A DNA stretch of 64,000 nt from Nemertoderma westbladi (taxonomy: Eukaryota; Animalia; Xenacoelomorpha). The translations under genes and the position numbers were made by a program. The notes beneath the pieces are model-generated. The model did not search any database, had not been told where the DNA came from, and saw only the letters and a list, made by a program, of their open reading frames with translations. The stretch lies in the NCBI GenBank assembly GCA_032718475.1, contig JAUCBJ010007689.1, positions 1 through 64,000 on the forward strand, written 5' to 3'. Below are positions 1-11,490 of this stretch, one piece after another (the stretch's first letter is position 1; every line of letters begins with the position of its first letter).

Positions 1-77
1 TACAAAAGGCAGATTATCAATAAAGACATATAAATTTCGGCAGGTTAAACTGCTGAAGGTCTATAAAAGCGCGTACA
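1..77. mobile_element. Right end of a dispersed repeat ending ...AAAAGCGCGTACA; same family as the insert at 20895-22047
   Basis: GGCAGGTTAAACTGCTGAAGGTCTATAAAAGCGCG here matches GGCAGGTTAAACTGCTAAAGGTCTAAAAGCGCG at about 22011-22043. Confidence 0.7.
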
Positions 78-1099
78 GTCTGTCACATCATGAGAGACGC
101 GTCTGTGACACAATCCTTTTATTATGGTAAGAGTAACTCCCAAAAAATTATTCCTGGCATCCGGCAGTCAGTACAGAAAGAAACCTACCAATAATGATAT
201 TAAAACTCTTCAACAGCTAGGGACTGTTATCTAATATACATTTACGTATTACTGCACATCTTTATTACTACACGCAATGTAAATGTCTAATGGATTTTTT
301 TAATTCGCCCCTGTGGAACCTGTCACCTCGCTTTCATGGCAAGATAAAAAGTCAATTAAAGTTTTCGGTGAACGTAAAATAAGAATCACTATGGAGGCAT
401 CTATATGGTTATCACTCCATAAACACAGTTTACCCCCCCCCCCCCCCCCCACCACTCCCCCTCAATCAGATCAGAAGCCGGCAGAAGCCGATCACCATTA
501 TACCGCAGCGGGTTTGCGTAAGTACTTCTGTACTAATGACTAAAGTGTCTTGCTCAGGTAACAAACCCCATAAATACTTCAACATTCTATCGAATTTCAA
601 CATGCACCACTAATCACTATTGTGAATCGGTAAGTCAATCTATTCACACGAACAATTGGGCGCATAAAACTAATTAAACACCTCCAATGCTGAAACACCT
701 AACAATGTCGTTCTAATTGGTACATATAGGGGGTGTTTGGGGCGGTGGTGGGGTAGTTTTAGAATGTAGTTTAGAATGGGGAGTGCGTTTGGGGCGGATT
801 TGGGCGCGTATGGGGGTATTTCTTGAAATCCACCTTGAAACAACTTTGTGGTTTCGACTTACTGGTACGTCGGTTAGCGCAGCGGTGCCGGTAACTGTCA
901 ACGGTTTGTAACGTCCGTTGAATCCGATTTCGTAGACGTTTGGTAAATCAGTTTTAAGTTTCTCTTCGATAATCGATGGCTGTACTGGGCTGCCTTGCAT
1001 GGCCCATTGGAGCCACAGCCTGCAATTGATTGTAAGGGTAAAAGGTGGCCGCCGCAGTCCTTGGGTAATAGGGTGACTGTAATGGGCCGTGTGCAAAAT

Positions 1100-1228
1100 T
1101 CAAAAATGAAATGAAAACGAAAGTTAAAGTTAAAGTAAAACTAAAATGAAATCGAAAGTGAATGTAAAACTAAAATTAAAACGAAAGTGAAAGTAAAACT
1201 AATTGGAAACGAAAGTGAAAGTAAATTT
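1100..1228. repeat. Purine-rich ~29-bp tandem repeat (CGAAAGTGAAAGTAAAACTAAAATGAAAA-like), about 4 copies
   Basis: Repeated CGAAAGTGAAAGTAAAACT motifs are directly visible. Confidence 0.75.
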
Positions 1229-2627
1229 AATGTTTTTTTAAATTGTACTTGATTTAAATATTAACATTAAATTAAATGAAATTTAATTCATGCAAAAATT
1301 AATAAATAAAATGTAGTGGCTCTAATGGGCCACCATACAGTACAACAGCTGCCAAAGAGGGTCCGGTATCATTTTGAGACAGTTACGTGGGGTTCGTTCG
1401 AAACACATTCCTTTGGAACCAGAAAACTTAAAGCTTTCTTTCGTTTGAGGGAGAGGAAGAATGTGAACATGTTTCTAGTGGTAGTGGTGGAAAGTTTTTA
1501 CAGTTTGACAGCGGCCCTCAATCAGATGAGCGTATTATCGTCTTTTCGACTCCTGGGGCAAATGAGTATCTACGATTGTCATCGGAGTGGGGTGTTGACG
1601 GAACTTTTGGGATTTGTTCGAAGCTCTTTACTCAGGTCCACATCACAAGTGCGCATGTTGCAGCTTGTCTATTGTTTCTTTGAACATAAAACAGAAACCT
1701 ACACCAGGTTTTTTAATTATTGCACTCACAGGGTGCAATTCCTGAAATAGTTCATGTTAACTTTGAAGACGCATCACAGAATTGAGAATCCCCTACTTAA
1801 TGTCTTCCCATATGTTGCACTTCTTTCGTGTTTAATTTATTTACGTCGGTTTGTATATCGTTGGGTGAAGGATAATGGTTGCACTGCACTCTATAAATCC
1901 TCGGCTGAATATCGTCTTCTCACAATGAAGTTGCTAGCACTGGCATTCTTACCTAATAGCTCTGTTGTCGAAGGCCACCCCATCTGAGTACACAGACATT
2001 GTCTCGTATTTCGACGCGACTTATGTAACTGGGCGTCGCCGCATTAAGCCAGCTTCAAAAAACTAACTTAGTGTCCTTTGTTTCGTCTTCTGCTCCGCGT
2101 ACCTACACGTAGTATTCGATTTAGAGGGAATTGTATTGTCCACAACTCTGTCCTTGAAAGGCGAGAAAAAAACAATAATGCTTGCGAACACATCAATCGC
2201 GACACTTCAACATTATTACGGCGTAAACATTGTTCAGTCTGACAGCTGCTGATAGACGTTATGAAGGCTAAAGATACTGACGTTATGGCTCAACTGGCTC
2301 AGGCAGCAGTGGGACAAGTAAAAGAGACATTAAATTATAATCCTTTCTAATATCTTATTTTATTACATTCTATGGTATTTTACATACTATAGGCATTATT
2401 CGAGAAACAATTATGAATTAATAAGTATTATTAATTATGTTGTTGATGGTAAATTCTTAACATCACGTTCTACTTAATTCATGTGCATTGCGTTTTAAAT
2501 GTCAATACTACAGTACGTATACATTTTATTTGCTATTCAACAATATAATATTATCTGGCTATCTGTAATACTTTATTATGTTTACATTTTTACAGCCGGA
2601 CTGTATGTTCCCACATTTTTTGTATTT

Positions 2628-3310
2628 TCTGGGAACATATTGTCCGGGAACATAATGTCCAGGAACTTAATGTCCAGGAACTTAACGTCCGGGAACATAC
2701 TGCCCTGTTTTCAAACTATAGTGGTTAATCCTCAGTTAATGCTTTCCCCCAATAAATTACGTAGGTGAAATATTACTTACTACCTGCAACAGATTTTCCA
2801 GGTTCTAGGACACTTACCCCCGGACCCCCCCCCCCCCCCTGTCAAAGTGTTAAAACTAATCTAATCTGGCATCAAAGCAATACACAAAAGTTAAATATGG
2901 TTACAGGACAAGTTGTATCCAGGCAAGTTGTATCTAGTCAAGTTTTTTCAAAATTTTAAAAGAAACATTTTTATAGTCAAATTTTGTTTGTTTATTATAT
3001 TATTGGGGGCTGCCACCCCTAAACTCCCGTTTCTTTTGGTGGGGGCTGCCGTCCCCGAACGATATAGCTTGGATACAAAATGTAAAATCGGGATGCAAAA
3101 GATAACTTTCTGAGCTAAGAAAGGAAAATTGGATACAACTTGTCTGGCGGGATCCAAGCGGTCCGTTTACCTAACAAAATGTAAAATAAAATTGTGCGAA
3201 ATTAAGAACAGTCGGGGGGGGGGGGGGGGGGGGGGGAGTTTCTGGGGGCAAGTGTCCGGTGGGGGAGTGTCCTACTATAACGGGGGGGGGGGGGGAGTGT
3301 CCGGACACCA
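2628..3310. mobile_element. Cluster of nested non-autonomous MITE-like elements
   Basis: A ~16-bp GTCCGGGAACATAAT repeat runs 2628-2705. Inverted ends GGACACTTACCCCC (2808) and GGGGGCAAGTGTCC (3244) enclose a second inverted pair, GACAAGTTGTATCCA (2907) and TGGATACAACTTGTC (3130). Confidence 0.6.
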
Positions 3311-5295
3311 TGTCCCACGGTAAATTCACTTCTCAATTACATTAATTTGATTTACATTATTTCAAAGGACAGCGGTTTTCCGCGTGGTTTGTACAGTAGT
3401 TCATGTTGTACAGGGAACTGTAATCACGATCAGTTGCCGCTCAGATACCGCTCGCCTACCGGTTGGTGGTCATTCGCACTCAACAGTGTACGGTACAACG
3501 CTGCCACAACGGTACACCGCGCAGTGTAGGCCTACCGTTCCATGAAGGTGAACATTTGTTCAGGAAAACACATTTCTTTTATACGGCGTGCAAAATGCTT
3601 ACGGATTTTATAATTATATTGAACATTACGCTCGTATATATTCTGTGAATTTAATCACCACTCAACTTCTTTCTTACCCAGTTTTGATTGGCTTCGCTTC
3701 CCCATACATAAAATGGTCGGACTAATTTCTGCCTTCATTTCGCCTAGTTGTTTTTCATCAATCAATCGATACATCAGCCCTGATTGCGCCACGGACAGTG
3801 AGTAAATTCGAGAAAATGTGAAACCTTAAAACAGCATCACAGCGTGATAAAGATTAAACATTTTGCTAATTTAAATTTAATATAAGATCAATGCGAATAA
3901 GCGTGCACGTAATCCCAAAGGCCAGGCACACCGTATGCCATTTAATCCCATTCTACAGTATATACATCCCCGGATGCAGAATTCACAGTAATTACAGTAA
4001 TTAATCTTCCCTTCAATACCAACATAATTAGGGGTCAACTAAAGAAAGCTACCTCATACCAAAATATAAAATGACCTGACACGTTATGAAACGACCAAAT
4101 AAAAACGACCCCGACTGTGTTAAACCATGGCAAATGTATGTGAGTGAACCTTAGTACCTGTAGGCCTACTACAGTACTACTGTATACAGTATATTTATAA
4201 TGAATTAGAAATGTCTGCAGCTTCTATTTAGAAAAATAAAGCTTTGTGCGTGTGGTCGGGATGGCTAAGGTATTCAATATCCATGAGTGTCTCGCGAAGA
4301 TCGCACCACAAGCGACGTGGATCAACATGTAGGTCGCTGTCGTCACAAAGAGGATACAAACACTTTATCGGTCGGATTGTAGAATCACCATTATAGGAAT
4401 TTATAATTATAACAGTTCGCTGATGGCTCGCAGTGAGCTCGCGATCGCCCTTACGAGCGCGGCTCGCGCTGATGGCGTATTTGTTATTATATTAATTTCT
4501 CAGCTTATATCAACTTTTTACAGTTCTAGAAAAATTGTCGGATAGTTTAACTTTTTGCACCCTTTATACATTAGGATGTTCTAGAACATATTATTGCAAA
4601 TGTTAGCTGGGTATCCCAATTTCCGGAAGCTATTAATGGTGGCATTGGTAGATAGTGTAGTGTTTGTTTAATATTTTATTCTTGATTTATTACTTTTTCG
4701 CCCACATGGACCCCAAAATTGGGAGAAAAAAAGTACAGTAATATAACCCATATGATGGCTTGAATTTACTTTTTCTTCGGTGAAAAAAATGGCCAAATAA
4801 TTAAAAATAATAAAATGTGAATTTATAAATTTTATTAAATGTGTTGAGGGATCATTGAAGGATCAAAACGTTTGCACGTTATAATTTGAGAAAAGTTCCA
4901 ATCCAAAATCCAGGCACTCAACCAATCGTTATTACAACCTTATTGTCTACGGCGTACTTCAAAACAAAAGTCATAAATACTGTATATAAAAACATATAAT
5001 ATAATATAATATACAAACATAAATTTATGCAATGCTTCGACACCCCCCCCCCCCCCTAATTTTTCTAAAAAATCTTAGTGATATATACAGTGATACAATT
5101 GTTATTTTCGCTTTCAATTTCCTGCTATTGTAGGCCTACTGTACATGTACATGCATATGAGAAAGCAATTCCACACAGATTTTGTTCTTGGAAGTAAATA
5201 AATAGGCTTAACGCAGTTGCAAAAACACAACGCACATCGCTCAGCAATTTATTAACCCAATATAAATTTTGTTAAAATGGCTGGTTAAAAATAAA

Positions 5296-6140
5296 AGGCT
5301 GGTTTACACGTGGTAACACTTTGGGCAACTGGGTCAGCAACTGGCAATTTATTTTTTTTATTTTGAGCAACGTAACTTGTTCGTAGTTTAAACGTGGCAA
5401 CTTTTTTATAACAACTTCATGTTTAGACGGAGCAACTTGGTGGACAACCTGAGTTGTTCGCCAAGCTGCTAACAAAGTTGTTCAAACAGTTGCTTCGTGC
5501 GTAAACCGGCCTTTACAGATTTGGAATCCTCACAACTACAACTTTGTTATCAGTAACAACAAAGAACTACAGTTGACGGAAATCTGTGGTGCGAAACATG
5601 CAAATGTATCGATGTAGACTATTTTTCAAATTTAGTTTTATTTACGTTTAAGTTTGAAAGCGAAAATAACCATAATACTGACATTATATTTCAGCAGATT
5701 TTGTAAGGTCACACGGAACAACTTGTTGTTGGACTCTTCACACGATAGGACATTTTGTTTCTGCCACTTGTGGCTGGAACCTCACACAACAGGGCCGGAC
5801 ACTTGTTGCTAAAAAATATCACATCAATTATTTTTAAATAAATAGCTAACAAGTCCTGTTATTAATATTTAATGTATCAGATCTCTTAAATTATCAAATA
5901 TTAGATAGTATAAAAGCGGGATGTGATAAAAAATTTAAAAAAATGTTGCTGGGAATATAACATTTTAAAATTCTTGCAGCCCGAAGTGACTGACTTCCTC
6001 ATACACAGAAACTTCATCAGACTTTTGTACGTAATGTTGCTGAGATTGTCGATCAACTAATTGGTGATTCCATCATTTCTGACTTCTGTTTCAAACACAA
6101 GTTGTTGTAACAAAAGCTGCTCCTTGTGACGGGGGCCTAG
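5296..6140. mobile_element. Harbinger-type MITE remnants
   Basis: Repeated GTTTACACG/GTTTAAACG/GTTTAGACG followed by GCAAC, ending CGTGCGTAAACCGGCCTT (~5512). A second remnant runs GGTCACACGGAACAACT (5707) to GCTGCTCCTTGTGACGGGGGCCT (~6138). The family call is inference. Confidence 0.45.
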
Positions 6141-6293
6141 ACTCGGTATAGAAAATTATAATACAGTTTTAGAAAACGAATTCAATTGCAATTAAAATGT
6201 TTATGTATTTATCATCCCATCCTACACTGCACTTTTTACTGTCAAATCATTTCCTTACGCAATACGTTATGTGTCCATGTTGATTTATACAGC

Positions 6294-6683
6294 TTACATC
6301 AGTGTTAGATTCATTGGAGAGAAAACGTTTTACTTCAAGTGTTTGGTGCGGTATTGAGTCATTCCGTATTGACGTCATATTGACGGCTGTTCTGGATAAT
6401 GTTTCATCCGTTCCGTAATTTCGTTACATCAGTGTTAGATTCATTGGAAACCAAACGCTTTAGTTCAAGTGTTTGGTCCGGTATTGAGTCACTCCGTATT
6501 GACGTCATATTGACGGCTGTTCTGGATAATGTTTCATCCGTTCCGTAATTTCGTTACATCAGTGTTAGATTCATTGGAAACCAAACGCTTTAGTTCAAGT
6601 GTTTGGTCCGGTATTGAGTCACTCCGTATTGTCGTCATATTGACGGCTGTTCTGGATAACGTTTCATCCATTCCGTAATTTCG
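6294..6683. repeat. 3 x 130-bp tandem repeat overlapping the GPCR C-terminus and 3' UTR
   Basis: TTACATCAGTGTTAGATTCATTGGA begins at 6294, 6424 and 6554, an exact period of 130. Confidence 0.95.
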
Positions 6684-6995
6684 CCGTCTCAGGCCCTCTT
6701 GGCTCGATTTTCCCGTGAAGAATCGTCGGGGACAGCAGCAGCAGAATATTCTCCCAGCAATACTAATAATATGCGACCGGTACTTGGTGGATAGAAGGGT
6801 GTATAGTAAGGGATTAACAGCCGCCGATAGATATGTCATAAAGGTAAATAGTAGACTAGGAACGTACATGGCGGATTCGTTTTGTATCAAGCCGTATTTG
6901 TGGACCAACTGGGTGATCCAGAAAGGACACCACAGCACAAAGAATGAGGTTATTATGAGCAACACCATAGCAGCTAGTCGTATCTTCGCAGATTC
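6534..6995 (-). CDS. Class A peptide-type GPCR, last coding exon (TM6, TM7, C-tail)
   Basis: Acceptor ttttattttctAG|GAA TCT GCG AAG is in frame with ORF 6534..6968. TM6 is FFVLWCPFW (FxxCWxP-like), TM7 is SAAVNPLLY (NPxxY), followed by helix 8 and a CCCC palmitoylation-like cluster. Confidence 0.92.
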   Translation of the reverse strand, partial: ESAKIRLAAMVLLIITSFFVLWCPFWITQLVHKYGLIQNESAMYVPSLLFTFMTYLSAAVNPLLYTLLSTKYRSHIISIAGRIFCCCCPRRFFTGKSSQEGLRRRNYGMDETLSRTAVNMTTIRSDSIPDQTLELKRLVSNESNTDVTKLRNG

Positions 6996-7129
6996 CTAGA
7001 AAATAAAATGTGAGAAATAGTTTTTGTTAATTAAACTACTGTGTTTGAAAAGGTCTTCAAAAGTTGAATCTCAATATTGAAAATTACATATGCCATTGAG
7101 AGAAAACTATTAATTGACCAATGACTAAC
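6996..7129 (-). other. 134-bp phase-0 GT-AG intron in the GPCR third intracellular loop
   Basis: Donor CAG|GTTAGT at 7130/7129 falls after codon 227; the acceptor is TTTTCTAG|G at 6996/6995. Splicing joins the two ORFs in frame (...SEKQ|ESAKIRLAAMVL...). Confidence 0.9.
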
Positions 7130-7810
7130 CTGTTTCTCACTTGCTGTTGAATGTGACTCTTTTTTTCCGTAGGTTCCCGTCTCTAGGTATTTGCTCCTAT
7201 TGCACACCGTATACAGCAGCAGTGAGTAACAAATGGTGACGGTAAATAGGGTCAATGGGAAAGCCGCAACAAAGATCACGGTGAGGTAGACTTTATATGA
7301 AAGTTCGCTCCATGAGTATGTACAAGATTTCGTGTAGCCTTCATAGTCGTAGAGATAGTTCACAAAAGCGTGGGGTAAGGAAACAGCACCACCGGCCAAC
7401 CACATGACAATACTGACTACAACCGCAACTCGAGCTACATTTATCCGCTGTAGGAAGAGAGGGAACTTTATTGCCACAAAACGTTCGATACTCATTGCTT
7501 GTAGAGTGAGAGCGGAAACCAGGATACTCAACACGTCGAGAAATGAAAATATTTTGCACCCGAAATCACCAAAAGGCCAATCCGTCATCGTCATGTGCGC
7601 TCCATAGAAGGCACCGCAAATGAGGAAGATTAGGTCACTGAAGGCGAGATCCGTAACATATATGTTGATAGAGTGCATTCGTGAAAGCGATGAGTTGAGC
7701 ATGAACCGAAGGGTGAGACAGTTGAGTAAGATGCCAGGAATGCAGATCATGAAGTACAATGTGGGGACGAGGTACTGGCTGATCTCCAAGCCAGTCGATT
7801 GCGTAGTCAT
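7130..7810 (-). CDS. Class A peptide-type GPCR (galanin/somatostatin/urotensin-II-receptor-like), exon encoding TM1-TM5
   Basis: TM1 GILLN, TM2 DLAFSDL (LAxxD), ECL1 WPFGDFGCK, TM3 MSIERF (DRY-like), TM4 W..G...SLP, ECL2 Cys, TM5 FPL...CY. The spliced product from M7810 is 380 aa. An acceptor at 7817 suggests an upstream exon. Confidence 0.92.
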
Positions 7811-7831
7811 ATTAACCTAAAAAGTAATAAG

Positions 7832-7908
7832 AAGAAATTAGCATTACTTAGAAACACTACAAGAAATTAGCATTACTTACAAACATTACAAGAAATTAGC
7901 ATTACTTA
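7832..7908. repeat. 29-bp tandem repeat, about 2.7 copies, in the intron just upstream of the GPCR exon
   Basis: AAGAAATTAGCATTACTTA at 7832, 7861 and 7890. Confidence 0.9.
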
Positions 7909-8545
7909 TTACCTCAAATATTGAAAACTTGAAGTAATTTAGAAGCAAAGTTATTTTATTAAGATATTACTACTACTAGGTCGAGTGAACTTGAACATAA
8001 ATCATTCTCACTGCTTGTGGTCGCAACTCCTTCAAGCGGCTTCGCCGCAAGCCACCGATGATGGATTACCTTCCGCCGACCTTGTCTGCATGGACAGCCT
8101 CGCTGCTTCCCACTGTAGGGGTCATTTTGATCCCCCCAAAACAGGTTTGACTGACGGATTAGGTTACCTAACCCTGACAGAAGAGCATCCTGTATAGACA
8201 GATTGGTCGAACATTCCAAAGTTTGCATAGATAAATGAATACTCATACATAAAGGCCTTTAATTAATAGTGCCATCAGCTCGAGTCTTTGATGATAATTA
8301 GTTGACAGGGTGATCCACTCTAAAACAAGTACGTAGGCCTAATTTTTAAATGTCCAAGGCACATTCTTACATGAATGTATCACGGCTTGATCCTATCATT
8401 CGCGTAAGACTTCTGCAACTTTAAACTTCAATATTTCGAGCCTAGACTAGATTTAGGGCCTACACTAAACATTTAGCCTATAGTACTTCCTTCATTTATG
8501 ATTTAATAATTGTACGGAAGGTATATAATGGAAACATAAATTTCA

Positions 8546-9420
8546 ATGGAACCATCGACCTCTAAAGTTACCATTCGAAGCTTAACCAGTAGCAAATTTA
8601 TTCTAGATGAAGATCTTGCGTTTCTCGCTTCGAATCGATCCTCACCTGACCGAGATGTTTTGCGCCTAACCGAAAGCATAATGAAAGAGACCTTTATGTG
8701 GCTTCAATTCTATCAGATGAAGTCGAAGAACAGTGGAAAGAAGGTGTTATTCCAATAATGCTGTACAAACTAAGAGTATATCATTGAGAATTGCCAATCT
8801 TCGTACAAAATAATATTGAAAAGTTGAAAGGCATACCAAGAAAGGAACCGAATCCCCGTCAACATGCTGATGTTGTTTCATTTGATACGAGCTGAATTCA
8901 CTATTTGACATTGCTATAAATACAGAATGCGGAAACCATATTGGAGAAACCATCAGAAAGAGGAATTTCTGAGGCTGCAGAAGATCTGGCCTTTCTCAAA
9001 GACCAATGTAGTTACAGGAAATATACAATTGGAAGTTTAGATCGAAAAACTGCTGAAAAGAAGAAGGCAGACGCTGAAATTAATGCTGCCAGAGAAGCTT
9101 CAAAACAAGGTCGAGCGGAGTCCCAATCATGGGGCTTAAATGAACTATTAACTGATCTTAGTTCTACATCAGGGTTGGAGATAAACTCTGATGATGAGTA
9201 TGTTTCTCCAGCTACATTAAAGAAGAGAATTATCTCTGTGTTGACACCGAATCTAACAGCAACACTAGAAATAGAAAATATACCTGGTCTAGGTGGCACC
9301 AGAATTGTTGGGTCGACATGTAATGCTTTGGGTGTCAATTTAGATGAAGTCATTCTGAGTCACTCAACCATGTTACGAACAATGAAGAAGACAGCACTGG
9401 AAATAAAGTGTAAGGCGTAG
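8546..9420 (+). pseudogene. Decayed N-terminal part of a DNA-transposon transposase (hAT-related type)
   Basis: Frameshifted segments LNSLFDIA (~8892), EDLAFLKDQ..RKYTIGSLD and ALGVNLDEVILSHSTMLR resemble the LFDIA / FLxDQR / ALG.N..S++R pattern I recall from invertebrate transposase-like proteins. No catalytic domain is present. Confidence 0.5.
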
Positions 9421-9472
9421 GGCGAAATCCCTGGTCTAACGGCCGAAGAAGATATTTTTACTTTTACTTTAC
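9421..9472 (+). mobile_element. Short 3' tail of a non-LTR retroposon (SINE/LINE), copy 1
   Basis: AATCCCTGGTCTAACGGCCGAAGAA plus a (TTTTAC)n tail; near-identical to 11443-11490. Confidence 0.55.
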
Positions 9473-11437
9473 GTCTGTTCTATACAACTGAAAGAAATTA
9501 AAGCAATTTTATTCTGGCACGAATCGGTACATTAATTTAATATTTATTTAATCATGATTTATCTAAAAAAACAAACAAAGTAAATAAATAAATTACATAT
9601 GTAAAGTAGAACTATCACAGAAATTTATTAATTATTCGATACGAAAATATATGATCAAACCTGAAAATATATAAATATTAATTATATTAATATATATATT
9701 ATATTATATATATATTATAATTATATTAAAATATATATATGAGGGACGAATTAAATTGTGATTGGCAGTTAAGTGGTTTGTTATTATAGTTCTAGAATGG
9801 AACAGTGTCGCAGTTGTGAACATCTGCTACAGTAACTAGGTTAGTTCGTCATGACAGATTAAGTCAGGTTAGCTATAGTGTAATCCTAATAGAGATAGTA
9901 AGCGACTGTGATGGATATTGGACATACTTTAGGTTCGTAGCAGTGTCTGGGTAATGTTTGTGTAAATAGTTGCAAAGCGGGCATGAAATATAATAAATAA
10001 ATTAGGATGATCTCCGTATTAATATAATCCCAAAAATCTCCATCATCATAAAAAACCTAATTAAAAGTTCAAATTTAGATTTATAATTCAATTTAAGATT
10101 ACTTCTTTCTATATGCCATATGCTCATTAAGGTATCAGTATCTGAGTCTCCCCCTTTCTATTATTTCTGATAACCTAATAATAACTCTCCGAAGATTAAT
10201 TTGTTTTGAGTTCATATTGTTCCCGTAAAGGAGAGTGACATGAAGGTCACATGTGTCCTGCAAAATGTGCAAAATTGAAAGCAATCATCTTGTTTTGAGT
10301 CAGCACAGCTATATGTGTATCAAAATTATATATTAAGCTAAGCTTATTGTAACAAAAATAAAATTTAAATTAAAAATATTGCCAAAATTTAATTTAATTC
10401 ATTAAGCAACCGGTTAAGCCGGCAATTGTATTGTATCGAGTAAACATGACAGCTGCACATTATCTCCAAGTACCTCTGTGAATGATAATGGTTGAACTGA
10501 AAAAAAAAATTTAATATAATAAGACGATTATCACAAAAAAATAATTGTTGAACAGTGAGGGAAGCCCAGAAGAAGTAGTTACCCCAAAAAATCAAGACTT
10601 TGAAAAAAAATCGGGTGATGTAGTGATACAAACAGCATTGAGTGTAATGAATTAATCAGAGCGGGATAATATTTTAGTTCAAGGGATGAAGAAGTACAGT
10701 AATCCAAAATAATTATCCGTTTTCCTTTGAATGTTGTTTCTCGCTCCTTTGACTTGTTTTAAGCACGACTATTGGTTATGCTGTAGTGCATGCGTGATGT
10801 GAGACTGTTCAGCTGTAGTGTGTTGTCAAGGTCCAAGGTGCGTTTCGTTGTTCATGATTTGTGATCACAGGCGTTTGCTGTGTAGAACGTGGTTGTTGAG
10901 TAATTGGTAAGTCTTGCATTGTGAGTGTGGGTCTAAATGATGCCGGGGATAGCCTCAAGAGACGGAGTCTCGTTTTCATGGGGGTCCCCTTAATTAAAGC
11001 ATGGAAGTTGTCGGTCTGGAAATGTGTAGTTAGGCCTGTGTGGAATGGTGTAGGAATGTGTCCAAGTGTATGGGGATTGCATGGTTTTGTATAGGTGCAT
11101 GGCAAAACATCACCAGTTCACAAAATAACGGATTACATATTACACTAATTTACATATGAAATAAAATAAGAGTTAGATTCGGTTTGAATTCGTACATACT
11201 AGATTAGACGGATTTAAGACGTACATTAAGATATAAAATATGTTAATGGAGATAAAATCGAATACGGTTCTGAATAAGGTTCGTACACATACTATCTACT
11301 GCAATCGGCATGTATATACGGTTACACCATTAGTAATCCGAGCTGGCTATTCATTAAGGCCATTCGTTAAGGAAGCGATTAAAAGAGTCTGTAAAATACA
11401 CTGAAATATAAAATACACTGTAATGATACCACTGGAA

Positions 11438-11490
11438 AGCGTAATCCGTGGCCTAGCGGCCGAAGAAAATTTACTTTTTACTTTACTTTA
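11438..11490 (+). mobile_element. Short 3' tail of a non-LTR retroposon, copy 2
   Basis: AATCCGTGGCCTAGCGGCCGAAGAA plus a (TTTAC)n tail. Confidence 0.55.

Noticed and set aside
713-2100. ORFs of 127 and 144 aa and coding-like composition
   Set aside because: No recognisable domain or splice structure. It may be a decayed retroelement, but I cannot support that.
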